This document shows, one piece after another, positions 45,056-58,223 of a DNA stretch of 64,000 bases. The translations under genes and the position numbers were made by a program. Each line of letters opens with the position of its first letter. The stretch's first letter is position 1. The DNA is from Balanoglossus misakiensis (taxonomy: Eukaryota > Animalia > Hemichordata): the NCBI GenBank assembly GCA_040954595.2, contig CM082583.2, positions 4,641,374 to 4,705,373 of the forward strand, written 5' to 3'. The notes below the pieces were generated by a model. That model saw nothing but the letters and a program-made list of their open reading frames with translations. It was not told the origin of the DNA and did no database searches.

Positions 45056-48000
45056 AGCTTCTGGTCAAGCCTGTATTTTCTGCCTGTAAACACTGGGAAA
45101 GGAGAGACAAATGATTATGGAAGCCGAACAAAGACGAAAGCATTGCATGCATTGCCTGTTTACATCCATGCTAAAAAATCTCTGCCCCTCTGCCTGTGTC
45201 TCTATATCTGCCTCAGTGCCTCTGTCTGCCTGTGACTCCGACTGTCTCTGTTTCTGATTGTTCTCTTTCCTCGCCCCCTCCCCCCCTCTCTCTCCCTCCC
45301 TCACTCTCTCCCTCTCTCTCTTGTTCAACGTACCTACTTATCACCGACCGTGCGCGAGTTTGTTCTGCGATCGACTGGCACAGCCCCATATTTTTCACCG
45401 AAATTATTACCCGGAAAACACGTTGGCCGCTGCCGGATACTTGATTCCCAGAGGGGTCATCACAGCAGCGATACGGGGTCGCCATCGTGACACCGACCTT
45501 TCGTATTACCGCAGTTGGCCAGATCTCTAAAGCAACTCTTGCACGTGCATGGGGCATGGTTGACTGACTGACACAAACCCACACTCTCCGCGCCTTTAGT
45601 TGCCTGCCTCTCGCTCTCAGCAGGTTCCGTCATGATTGCAGTAACTTTGCCAGCAATTGTTTCAGAAATCCGAAGCGCAATACGTCGACTGGTTTCAACT
45701 TTCACACAGCACGTCGTGGTTTCCCGTCAAAAAGTCACGGCGTTTAAATGATTGAATGTGAAAATCCTTCGCTACACCAAGACGCGAGTGATTTATCCTC
45801 ACCGAATGTGAATTGGTCACCAGGCCATAACTTTCGTTGATTTATAGCCCGCAACAGACGAGCACGCTTTGGGCATCAATCACAATTTACGTGTCGTCCC
45901 TAAAGTTTTTGTTTCAATGTATTAAATCATGTGGTTGTTTTTACAAATTTGTTATTGTTCAACACATACTTTGTTGTCATAACTACGTATTTGTATGAGC
46001 GCTCGGAATATTCTCCGCATAACACGCAAGCGCTGTTGGGCGGAGACAGAAGCTCGGCCGCCATCTTGCCTGCTGGTGCCAGTGTACTAATAATCACCGA
46101 GAATCTGACTTTCTCAGAGCTTGGGCTGGTCTCTTATAAGGAGTGAGCAACTCGCACAAGCATGTTTTTTTTGTATTGAAAAGGGTTCTTTTATTCATAA
46201 CATAATTTATGCGCGTAACGGTCTCCTTTTTGCACAACTATACTGGTGGTGATGTTCCCGACCCAAGCAACAGATGTGCAAACCTACGAACATACACGGT
46301 CAGCCTGAGCAGCGGGCGTCCAACAAAAAGGTCTCGTAAATTTTAATATGAAGAAACACCTGCGAGGCCGCTTGGCTCCGGTCGAACCACCAAAACCTTC
46401 CAGGACACGCCGTGTTTGAAAATGTTTCTCTTGGCGGCAAGAGTAGACTGAGCCGATTAGACTCGCGATCTGATTTCACCTTCGAACAACAATCTTGCGT
46501 TACGGCTGAAGGTACGGTGAATTTCTGGGGGTTCGGACTGATGTAATCATTTTATAATTGAAAAAAAAGACGCACAAAGCTTGGCCCGCATGGATTACTC
46601 GCAGTGCCCAAGACAAATAAAGGTAACAGCAGTATTGTTAAAGGTCTCGCAACCAGCGACTGAGAGAGATGGCACTAACGCGGACGAACGCAGTCACGAC
46701 GAACGACGCGTTTGGAAGTGTGAGTAAGTTTTGTTTGGGTGTACATGTTTGTGATTTTGAAGGTTTAAGTGTGATCCATGTAAAGAGAGGTCAGCTAGGA
46801 CCTTATCGCGGGGCTGAATGCAAAAGGCGTGCACACGCCGGCGACAGCGATATTAACCAAGAGACAAAAGAGGGAGTTTCTCGTCCGAGAGACGAACTTT
46901 AAGAATGAAAGAAAGTCCCGTGTTTGTTTAGATACGATGTTATGGATGGGGAGAACAAGTTGTGCGCGTTATAACAGTGAAAGAAGTGGAGCGTCGCCGT
47001 ACGCGTCAGTCGTTTAATTGTGTTACTTGTTAACCAGTGCCACCACAAAAGAACGGGGTTCCCACAGCGGGTGGAACAAGCTGAATATATTGCAACCTAA
47101 AAATATGTTAACAGCCGGCACGTGCGCCGGCGATCGTTACAATTAAGAGCAGTCCGGCTTGGGCTGTGTCGGCATGTTACCGACCCAATAAGATGATTTT
47201 GCGACATTTTCTGGTGGTGCGTCAATATTATACGATTCCACTACGACTTGTTTGGTTTTTGTACTGTTTTGCTGTTGTACTATAGCTTTGGTCAGAAATG
47301 GGGTGTAGCCTAAATTAGTGTTTTGAAGCGTCTCTTTGCAAAGTACAGAGGAAGTAATTGACTGTTTTGAGTAGCAAATATGCGTCCGGTGGTCTTTCTC
47401 AGCGAGTAGTAGGAAATACCCGACCTGCATTTGATATTTTAATTTCTAACTCGGTCCGTATAACGATTTAGTCGATGATTTCGAGAACGGGCTGGGGCAA
47501 AAATAGCTTTCAATTAGTAAACCATCTTGCGGCGAATATCAGAATCGCGACACAGAAACATGTTTCGCTTATCTGAGTCCGTGGCTGAGGATGAACATTT
47601 TAGGTGAATTGTAAAAGAAAGTTTAACGCGATGGTTTTGAATCGGCGCTATATACAATGGGCCACCACCCCATCCCACCCCACCCAATAGCACCTACCCA
47701 CCCGATGGTCCTGTAAACACGAATGAGATTCTTGTCCCGGGGTCAGTACAGTTACTATAGTAAGCGGGAAATCGTACCGAAGTAGTAATTGCGGAGATAA
47801 AGTTTCCAGACTTGCGTGTGTTGACGAACACAAAAGTGACACCAACGGTACCGTGTTTGACTAATTGCTGTATTAGAACCCACGATGTGAGAAAAAACAT
47901 CAACAACAAAAACATTTAGCAAGAAAGCAACGTACCTCTGTGTTTGCCTATATGCTCACCGCAGCAAATTGTCCCGGTGTTGCAGTCACAGCGAGTACTT

Positions 48001-48240
48001 CTCGAATACTGAAGTCGACCTGCCGCTGGCTTGACAATTTAAGCTCTCACCTGATAAAAAAAAGCTAAAAATATACTCTTTCAGAGAGAAAGGCAGCGCT
48101 GTCTTTAAGGTTATAGATAATGGTACTCCCCTCGTTAGTACAATGCCACATGATGAGTGATTAATAGTACTGTTCATACCAGCAACTTGATTTGATATGA
48201 AAGCGAGGCTGCCGAACTAAATACAATTAGTATGCCAGTT

Positions 48241-48990
48241 TGCTTTGCGGACAGAAGTGGTCAGTCCCCTATGATTTAAGGTGGAAAAAACCCCGAATTC
48301 AAAGGGTGACCTTTTGTCGGCGTTACGCGAACGGTCAACAAACAAAGGCGTGTTTATGTTCAAAGAACTTTCGAACCACCAAGCGGTTTACACTTTTTAA
48401 TTGCCGCTATTGTTTTTGACGCGATCATCATTATCACACTGAGTGTCAGTATTACTGTATGTCCTAGCCGACGCGCGCCTTTTAATGTGCGTGTCGTGTT
48501 TTATGTGAGTTTGGGAACGAGGAATTGACAGACAAACAGACAGATATATAGATGGATGGATGGATGGATGGATGGAGACCGTAAGACAAACTAGCGGGTG
48601 GATCGGTAACACACTCGGACAGACAATAGCCACTTGCTTTGGCGGGCCGAAATGGTCAGTCCCCTATGATTTAAGGAGAAAATGTCCGAATTCAATGGCG
48701 GACCCTTTATCGGCGTCACAGGAACGGTTATTAAACAAAGGCTTGTTTATTTTCAAAGAACTTCCGAACCACCAAACGGTTTACACATATTAATTGTCGC
48801 TTTATTTTGAACTCTATCATCATCACACTTTACTGTATGTCCTTACCGACGCGTGACTTTCATGTGAGTATTGTTTTGTGAGTTTGAGAGGAAGAAGCAT
48901 AGATAGACAGACAGACAGAACGACAGAACGACGGACGGATGGATAGATGGGTGGATGGATGGATGGATGGATAGATGGATGGATGGATGG
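48241..48990. repeat. Diverged tandem duplication, period ~394 bp
   Basis: tggtcagtcccctatgatttaagg, aaacaaaggc, cgaaccaccaa and cggtttacac each occur twice; each unit ends in GACA/GATG repeats. Confidence 0.85.
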
Positions 48991-50452
48991 ATAAGAAACT
49001 GACGTTAATATGCAAGAAAACGTGAGCTCTTCAGTTTAGCTTTGCCTGCATGACAACATTAAAACGAATGCAACGACACTCAAGTACAGAATTCATCATT
49101 CTCTGTTGACAATACGCAGACAGGCGCATTCCTTGTGAGTGATATAAACAGAATTCGATTGACTAAAATTCCAAGATCGGGACAATGACAGGCGAATTTT
49201 GAATCAAAGAGTACATGTGCGCCACGTGCGTACACAATCTCAGCCCTGTTGTACTATTATATTAACTCGATTTTATACTTTTTCAAACAAGGGCAGATTA
49301 GTTAATGCCACGTGCGCACGCTTACTCCCACAAAACAAAGAAAGCCTTTGTGTTTTTTTGAAAACCTGTTTTCCAAACAGAAGGGCATGCATAAGACGCG
49401 ACACACGTGCATTATTGCAACCGCGAGGAAAAAAAATGGCAGATATCGGAACGTGCAGAAGTGAAATATGATCTTTCGTTGTTTCTTTTTTCTCCGCTGC
49501 CCGTGGTCATCACTCGCTCGTACGGGGGTGTAAATAGGCGGCAACGGTGAACCACTGGCCACCCTCATCCTCCCCGCAAGTCAAAAGCCCCGTCGACGAA
49601 ACAGGGAACTACCCGCATCGTGTCGACTGCAAAGCCTGGGTTGGCGTTAATACCCACTACATGTATCTCAGAACTCGCGGCTTTACACTCCCTTGGGGAT
49701 ACCGCCGCGCCTAATGAAATTATCACTTCTGATTCTTTTATACCTGCCCGGGATTAACGCTCGATTTATAACTCACTCTGTACCTCGCGCGGCAGTCCCC
49801 AATTCACGCTATAGCCAAGCACACGTCATGAAAGCTAATGACAAACCGTACACTTTGAGTAGGGGTCTCAAGGGCCTATGGACAAACACAGTGTTGTTGT
49901 GTTGTTGTTGTTGTTTTTTTTTTTTTTTTGGGGGGGGGGGTTCTCCCTTCCACACTGAATCTCACTGTACCAAATTATCAGTCAGACCGCCTTATGTCCC
50001 TTTTTTGTACGTACCAGTGACGCATGGACAGAAAGAGATTACGATGTTAAGACAACAATCTCGAAAACTAATTATGTCATTTCAAAACTGTGAATTAAAT
50101 CCACTAGCTATCTACGCAATAGCCACTCTGGAATTATTCGGTATTTTTGTGAAAACAACTGAGCATACCTCTTTCACTCTGTCCGCTACAGATTTTATAC
50201 ATCACACTTAGAGGAAAACATTTATCGAAATGATTCCAATAACACACGCCATCTGATCAAATGCTTTGTTGTGATAAACCAGTTCGAAACCGTTTTATTA
50301 TCATTGTTATCAAATTATGTGGTGAGATTTATTTTTACAGTGGCCCAATTTCTCTGATTTGTGTGTGAGAAATGGGAGAGCGAGAGGGGGGGGGGGAAAT
50401 ATAGAGAGCACTGTTATGGGTTTTACGCCCGTTGATTTATCTGAATAAATAA

Positions 50453-50532
50453 ATGAATGAATGGATAAATGAATGAATGAATGAATGAATGAATGAATGA
50501 ATGAATGAATGAATGAATGAATGAATGAATGA
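50453..50532. repeat. (GAAT)n microsatellite
   Basis: Direct reading. Confidence 0.9.
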
Positions 50533-51899
50533 ATTATGCTGTTCCCAAATCAAGACCAATCAGTGTCACACGGAAAAGAACGAACGCATCAGCTGCCTTC
50601 ATCAACATTCAAGTTCATTCCCACAAAAAAAGTCTAGTGTAGTACCGCTGACAACACGCAATAGTTACCTTTTCCTGCCTTGTGTAATCAATCAATTCTC
50701 GATTTACCCATCAACATCGAAAAAAAGTGCTCTTGAAGCTGAACCGTCTTCGTTTAACTCGAAAAGGTCAAGTGCCAAAACACGTTGGTGCAGTTAGGAT
50801 GGGTCTGTATCTCTTTTGGCCTCCAATCATGGCTTCACATGGTATAAGCCTTGAAGAAAATTTTGCGAATTTGGTACTGCTCATGCGCGGCCGTATGAAG
50901 TTTCCACAACACAAGAATGCAGGAAAAGACCGTCTAGTTTACATTGTCTGTTTAGAATGACAGTTCTCGTGTGAAGGATAGCAGGTGCCTTACATTACAT
51001 CTCCTTTATCGTGTTTTTCGGAGTTTATTTATGGCCCGTCACCAAGACACGGCCCGCTAATGACCGTCCGCGGAGTCATTTCGCGTCGATACTGAAGGCC
51101 GCGCTTCGAGATATTGCCGTGTTTAAGCACAATTCTCTTTGCATTAAGCGACGATTAAAAGTTATAGCTATGCAAAATGGTATGATATTAATTTTTATTC
51201 GTGGGCGCTATTTTCTTCCACAGGCGAAATTAACCTCATCCGACCTTTGACTCGCGGCGTCTTTGTGGGAGCGCTCGCCATGCTCACAAACTGTCGTATT
51301 TCCTTCAGGCCGAGGGAAACAACCTGGATTCAGAAAATCTGCTCCAACCGGAGTGGAAAATATACTTAACCCGAGGTTCTAATCGCCGATTTAATAGACT
51401 TAATAATAAACTGTCGAGATGACACCGGGTCAGCGACCTCAGTGGTTCTTCAACGAAGTTTGTTTTTACGGGCTATAACCGACCTAGGTAATGGCCCGGC
51501 GCAACGATAACGCGTCTCCAATAAACGGGAAACATGTAACGTAATGTTGAACAAGCAACCGTGCGACCTAAGTCATGTCGTGGAATCTAAGTCGGGCCCT
51601 TTTTTAATTAACTTCATTGCGATCACGGAAAACTGTGCGGCTTGTTTTACCAGTACTTAGGGCACCTCTTTACGATCTGCCGTCGCAGCGTACAGACTTA
51701 CATGCTCATCGGAGGATGTAGTATCGTTTACAGTCCCTCCAAAGTTGGAAGGACTGAGTATGGTCACATTATAGTATGACTATCTTGCTAGATCTCCCTA
51801 GAAAACAAATATTCAAGTACAGTGGAATTAATCAAACCCCATGAGCTGCAACTCGATAATTCTTTTAAGCTTTAAATAATTTCGGATATATTGCCTAAT

Positions 51900-52021
51900 A
51901 GAATGAATGAATGAATGAATGAATGAATGAATGAGTGAGTGAGTGAGTGAGTGAGTGAGTGAATGAATGAATGAATGAATGAATGAATGAATGAATGAAT
52001 GAATGAATGAATGAATGAATG
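51900..52021. repeat. (GAAT)n/(GAGT)n microsatellite
   Basis: Direct reading. Confidence 0.9.
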
Positions 52022-53257
52022 AAGATAAAACTCGTGACTCCGTCACTCGCGTATGACATAAGCTGAATAAACACGATGGATGTGTCCCATGATCTTTTTG
52101 TCTGTGGTTACCGCACCACACAAAATTAATGAGCCGTGACAATTATTCTGAATGAAAGTGTATCACCAAAGGGCAATACGGCATTTAAGAATAAATGCCC
52201 AATTTCCTCACCGCAGGCGATGAATAAGTTACAAGATGCATGCCTATGTCAACTTGACAAATATAGGCCTTTGACAGTTAGATGTATTCCTAGACCGCTG
52301 TGTGCATTCACGCTCTGTCCACTCAAGACTAACACCGTGTTAAATAATGGCGCGAGTAGTCCGAGTCACTGGGATAAACAAATGGTACTTTCCATTTAAA
52401 CGTACAACAGTCTTTTCATTCAAAATCCATTAACAAGGGGCCGGCTAATGACGCCAGAAAAATGACAAAACATAATTTTGAATAATGTTGACAAAATAAT
52501 TACATGTAAGTCCTTATGCAACAAACATGGGACAATGCGGTTTTAAAAATAAAATACATTATATGCCGACTGGTGAAATTGTGAAGCGTCTGGTTCAAGT
52601 GGTGCGTGCGTTCGGGATTAAGGCAGACATATTATTATATTTGGGGGAGGGGGTCGTACAAAAGCGGTATGATTTTGCTCCAAACATCCGCCTAAACAGA
52701 TCCTCCTAGACCCCTTGAGTAACCACCCAATGGAAATCGCCCCGCCCCCCCCCCCAATACATGTTTGTCGTCGTCTTCACACTATATTCAAATGAAATGT
52801 GACCTTTGCCAAACTCTCCCATGGCCGACAAGGCTACCCGTACTTTTGACTTTCGGTCTCATTTTAACATCACCGGACACGTGACGTCAAAAGCTTAATG
52901 GGTCAAAAAAACACGTATTATTGGCATGAAAGGGTAAAATTCTTCCAATTTATAACACGTCAGTAATGAAATGGTTTCAGTGTGAGTGTATTTGAGTGTT
53001 ACAGTGTTTTCAGTCAATTCACCGTGACGCTGAACTGTGATATTAAAAGGTAAAATAGTGGCAATTTAAAAATATTTGAATTAGGTCTTGTTGTGGCGTG
53101 ATGGAATTGTCTACCCGTACATTAACCATAAACACTTCGAATACATGTTGTTTATTAATATTTGTATGTTTGATCTATTAAAAATAACTTCACTGAGTTA
53201 CATGTAAATACAACGCATTTCCAACAGTCTGCTTCCCAACTCCATTTCTACGACTGG

Positions 53258-53419
53258 CAAAATGTGATTAAAATCAGATGTAGAGTTTAGGCGCTGTTTA
53301 GCTGTTCTGCTCTCTGTCTTGGCTGTTATCGGGCGTACGCGCCCCTTCCGAACTGAACAGCCAAGAATCGGCAAAAGTATAGACGGCGCCTGACTCTACG
53401 TCTGATTTTAATCAGATTG
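53258..53419. mobile_element. MITE family G; related ends at ~754-790 and 17496-17578
   Basis: Inverted termini tgattaaaatcagatgtagagt ... actctacgtctgattttaatca. Confidence 0.65.
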
Positions 53420-54050
53420 ATAGTTGTAGAACATTGCGTTTTGGATATGCTACATGCTAGTCCGTTTTCCTGTCCCATAGTCACGGCTGGGGGCGCTGTG
53501 TTCCATCAGCTTTACAGGATGAAAGCATCAAATTTAGATAAACTGGTTGTCGACTGTGTCACACCAGTGCGAAGAAAAAATGTGTTGTTTATATAGACAG
53601 ACAGAGATCGACATGATACACCGAGACAAACGTGGATTGGTACTCGCGACCAGAAGTGGCCCACAGACCACGGCGAATTATCAATAGAACAATCACATTG
53701 CGGTTGCGGCTTATATTTTATACAAGGTCGAGACAACAGCTCACGAGTTGTCGACGGAGGGAGGGCGCTCGTGAGTTGTTTCTTCAGTGATCAGACCTGA
53801 CAATACAAACCGGGAATACAACGCCGTCTCCTTTGAACCATAGACAACAACTGTCTATGGATTGATTATCAAGTGACAATATCCAGAATTGCTTTGTTGA
53901 CACTTATATGTATTGAACTTAGTTGTAGAATTCTCGCGAGCCAGAGTCACTATCTCAGGCAAATCTGAAACTGTTGCCGTAAAGAGGTCGTGAATTTGCG
54001 ACGATGAAGTGGTAAGTGTAAATCTTGAGACAACGTATATGAATGATAAG

Positions 54051-55517
54051 TTATTCCATTTGTATTTCTACAACAGCTCCCGAGTGAAGCGAATATTTGT
54101 AATGGTACTTGTCGGGCCACAGCCACACCATCCAACCCAGCACCTGTCCAATAATTTCCAACAGGCAGACGACGAACCAGATTGTCACGTGGTACACCAT
54201 GACGTCAACCACAACACCTATCATGGCGTCCGAGCAAGTCTGGCACAGAGGGCAGAGAACAGGTATTGTTCTATTGGTCAGCGCGTAAGACGTCGTGTAT
54301 TCGGCTGAACTTGACGGGGTTGTTGTCGGCGCCGTACAGCAGTTGAGATGGTCGCAGGGAGGGTTACCTTCTGAACCTGTAAGTAATCGAAAGGTAGACA
54401 TTATAATTTTAAACTGTGCCAGTCACTGGTACACTGCTGTCAACCGGTAAGTCTTGCAAACTGGGAGACTCTGATCACCCGCCATGTCAAGGACGCGCGC
54501 GCAACTTAGGTTTGTGAAAAATATGTCCGGTACATGATGTCTGACGTCTGTCTGTCTATCTATCTATATATCCACCCATACATCCCCCCCTCTCTCTCTC
54601 TCTTTTCTCAGTCTGTCCGTGTCTATCTGGCTGGCTAGCTGTGCGTCTGTGTGTCTGCTTTCCAGCTTTTAATTTGACATTTGTTTGTGTCTCGTACCCC
54701 TGCTGCTGACATCCAATCCACAGCATTCCAGGTTATCTTGTACTAGTTGCTTCTCTTCATACGTTAAAATTTCCCACCACTGATCTGTAAGGTGTTCCAA
54801 GGCGCCTGTGTTCTTGCTGATCAGCAGGTAGGCGTTGCAGACCATCAGGTGGAAGAGAATCAGAGCCGCGGCGAAAAAACTCAACGGCAGGATTGTGCCG
54901 TGCTCCTTCTGCAGCGCCCCCACAAGTCCAAATGTAGAAAGCAGTATGGTGAAAAACGGCAAGGTGACGTTCACGTAAGCCAGGCCAACCTTGGCTGCAA
55001 TAGCGTCTACGCCAATACAGTAGAACCCCCAGACTATGAAAGCGACAGAGGCTAATATATAGAGTAAATTCATAATTATGAAAAAGTTGGCGACAAAATG
55101 TCGTTTTCTTTTCCGGCGACGCAGTAGCCGCCCAGTGTTTCGGGTGGTGAGGTTTTCGATCGATGAAATTTGTACATGCTCCCCAATACTACGATCGTCT
55201 GGATCGCGGTCCGTGTTTGCATCCAGTGTTATGTCCGTTGGCCGAATTTCCTGCGTCTGGATACTGACCACTCTGACGTCGCCGTCCTGTCCTGAGTGTT
55301 CCTGTGTCAACCGGGTTTCGTGGTGATTGGAACTATTTTGTTCGCGATTTTCGCTCTGTAGATTATCGTCCGTGGTTATTATGTCAAAGTGTGGTATGAT
55401 TTCCATCGGTATGTTTTCATGTTCTTCGTCAGTGCCTGTTTGTCCAGGGCACTGGTTCGCTTCCCCTGCAGGTTCGTCTGCGACTGTTCTGATAGAATTG
55501 TCACCTGATGTCGCCAT
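54051..55517 (-). CDS. Tetraspanin-like protein, 381 aa, two coding exons
   Basis: Exons 55517-54698 and 54376-54051 (phase 1). Three hydrophobic helices after RRRKRKR, the motif FGLVGALQKE, extracellular-loop QDNLECCG plus six more Cys, and a fourth TM (IWFVVCLLEIIGQVLGWMVWLW). Confidence 0.85.
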
Positions 55518-55739
55518 GGCTAACCTGTGAAATGAAAAAAAAATCAACATTTTTAATAGATATTTGTTGACGAGTCAACATTCTGACTGTCCCTTCGCGA
55601 TTCAGCATTGGCGCGCCCGCACCAACAGTAATGGCTTACTGAAATCAGCGAAGATTGGACAAAAACGTCGGCCGGACTAGACCCGGACATGATATCGTCA
55701 CCACGCACTGTGGTGTGTCATGTTGGGTCGCACGAACTT

Positions 55740-56022
55740 GGGGGAGTGGTCAGTTTCTTTTGCATGAGGGGTCGGTCAGTCCGCGCTGGCGCACGTCAAC
55801 TTTGAAATAGTCGCGGACCCCTCTTTCAAGAAATAAAGCAAACTGTCTGACTCCCCATCAAGAGAAATGAATTCCGAACGCAGGAGACGCACAGCTGACC
55901 CACCCTGAACTATTTAGGAGTCTCAGCGTTTTCTACAAGGACCATCTACTAACAGCTTTTCCAAAACTGGACGACCCTCTAACCGATCTGTCGACCCACT
56001 GGCCGAAGAAACTGACCATCCC
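55740..56022. mobile_element. Putative MITE with GGG termini
   Basis: ggggagtggtcagtttctt ... aagaaactgaccatccc|ttaa inverted termini; single copy in the window. Confidence 0.5.
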
Positions 56023-57802
56023 TTAACCTTTAATAAATCATTTGACCAGCATTTAATATTACACCAGATAAAATCCGCAAGGTTGCGATTGCCGTGACAA
56101 GATAGAAGCGGTCGATTTTGCTAGCTCTACAGATCACGCCGTCAATCTATTCACGTTCGAACTTCCCCATTTATATTCATAATGTACACATTTTGATTAC
56201 GGATACGAATACTGGCTTGACCTACCTTGAATGTGACAGATATAGACATCAAGAGATCAATACCCGACGATGAATTTTGGAGGCTCGCTACATCACAGTG
56301 TGCGCTACCAGGTACTGAATGATTAAATATTGACCTAATCGGGCCAGACTGCAAAAAATTCTTGTTCCTCGAATTTCTCGCTGACACAATCTCACGGGAG
56401 AGCTGTTGTATAGGCGCTACATTCGTTTGCTGGGCAGTGGCAGCTCATGGAAGACATTGCCGTTGCCCACTTGTGTGTTTAGTGATCGCCTTCGTTTTGT
56501 AAGGTTAAAGAAGGTTCTAAATCGCACCAAAGCTTCTCCATTGTAAGAAAGCGAGACACTATGCTAAACAAGACAAAAATCCAGTATTCCCTCAGCAAGA
56601 GGGTTACTTCCTCTCTACGCATGGATTCTTATTTGTTAGTGTCAATTATAATAAAATTCGCAGTGGAACAATCGTGAAACATAACATTTTTTTACCAAAT
56701 TACTCAAATTTAAGTTGTGATTCACGCGGTATTGCCCTCGTTCCCTCGTGACGACCAGTCACGGGTTCCGTGACAGCGCCCTCATGGATGACATTTTGTC
56801 AACAAGATTCGTCGCAGAGCCGACAAACTGACGTTGGGACTGCATGTCACCTGCCACAACGAAGGAGTATACCTTTCGGCTCTTGACAATTTTCCAGCCT
56901 TCAAGTTGATTAGCCGTTCGAAAATGGAACCAAGCAACTACAAGAAACAATCCATCCATCCATCCATTCATCCCATCAATATTGATGAGCTGTTATCCAT
57001 TAACTATGATAATTGCTGATATTAAAGAAGCGATGTGTTAAATATTCATATGAAATATCTACTCCAGTCATCATACCCAGCACCTATACTCGCACGTATC
57101 CGCGTCCGTCATTCTAGCCATCCATCAATCCATCCATCCAGCCAGCCAGCCAACCGTTCACCCTAACGCCAGAATGTACGCCTACCCACTCGAAAATATA
57201 TGGCCACCAAAAACTGGCGTAAGACCATGCACCGTTTGCATCCCAGAGTCCGCAGAGTCATGAAACAAGTCACAGGTATAACATAAAAAAATTAGCGAAC
57301 GTTTTTTATTCAGTCGATTTTACAGCTTGAAATTGAGAAACAATGTATTTTACTCTGTGCTGACGTCGGAAAAGGAAAACGGAGTCTGACGCCCGTTAAT
57401 ATTTTGTCTTTTCATTGCACTGTTATAATTATTATTGAATTGAATTTCTGATTGATAAAAATGTGCAGGTGGTGATCCTTACGTTTTAAGTAAATGTAGA
57501 AAAACAGTCGAAATTCTAAGTTCATTGATGTACACAATACATGACTAAAGTTTGGACCATCTTGTTTCGAAAAACCCGAATAGGTCTTATCATGGAGGTA
57601 CTTAGTACCTCCGTGGTCTTATCAACTGTATACATGTACTGAAGCTAAATTAAACACAGTTAATTGGTATTTCATTGACTTTTGGATTTGGAGTGGATAA
57701 TGTGTCTTCTCGAGAAATGAGTTCGCCCACTTTCGGCTCCTGGCGGTGATTTCGGTACTAGATGCTCGACGAATCTGGCCACTCCCCGGGTGTGTATAGT
57801 CC

Positions 57803-57961
57803 TAGACTCTCTCACAGCCCCTCTCGTCATCCATGCAGGCTTATGGACTGATTGCATGTGTGCCCGCTACACAACACCATATGGGGCTTCTCCTTTGCTA
57901 AACAGTTGAGGGCGCATCAGTGAAGAGCCTTGTAGCGAACCGTGGGCTGTGAAAGAGTCTA
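57803..57961. mobile_element. MITE family E, copy 2
   Basis: Reverse complement of 14013-14169. Confidence 0.8.
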
Positions 57962-57974
57962 GTATAGACCCCGA

Positions 57975-58223
57975 TCATTTCAACTCCGCGGCGGCCATTG
58001 TGTCACTGGCCTCGTTCCGCCGACACCACTTGATGTACCACGTGACCTCCACAATGGCGTAGAAGACGGAGGCGATGGCCACCACAACGGGGAATACTTT
58101 GAACGCCACGTGGCACCCGTCGTAGCAGGATATGAAGACAATAAGTGCAATCAAATCGACCAGCCCGATGAACAGGAAGAAACAGGTGTTCTTGGTGCAG
58201 CGTAAATAGTCCACAACGCTCAT
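57975..58223 (-). CDS. Small two-transmembrane protein, 82 aa
   Basis: aaaATG at 58223; two hydrophobic segments (CFFLFIGLVDLIALIVFISC; VFPVVVAIASVFYAIVEVTWY); GC-rich third positions against AT-rich flanks; possible upstream acceptor near 58340. Confidence 0.55.
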   Translation of the reverse strand: MSVVDYLRCTKNTCFFLFIGLVDLIALIVFISCYDGCHVAFKVFPVVVAIASVFYAIVEVTWYIKWCRRNEASDTMAAAELK

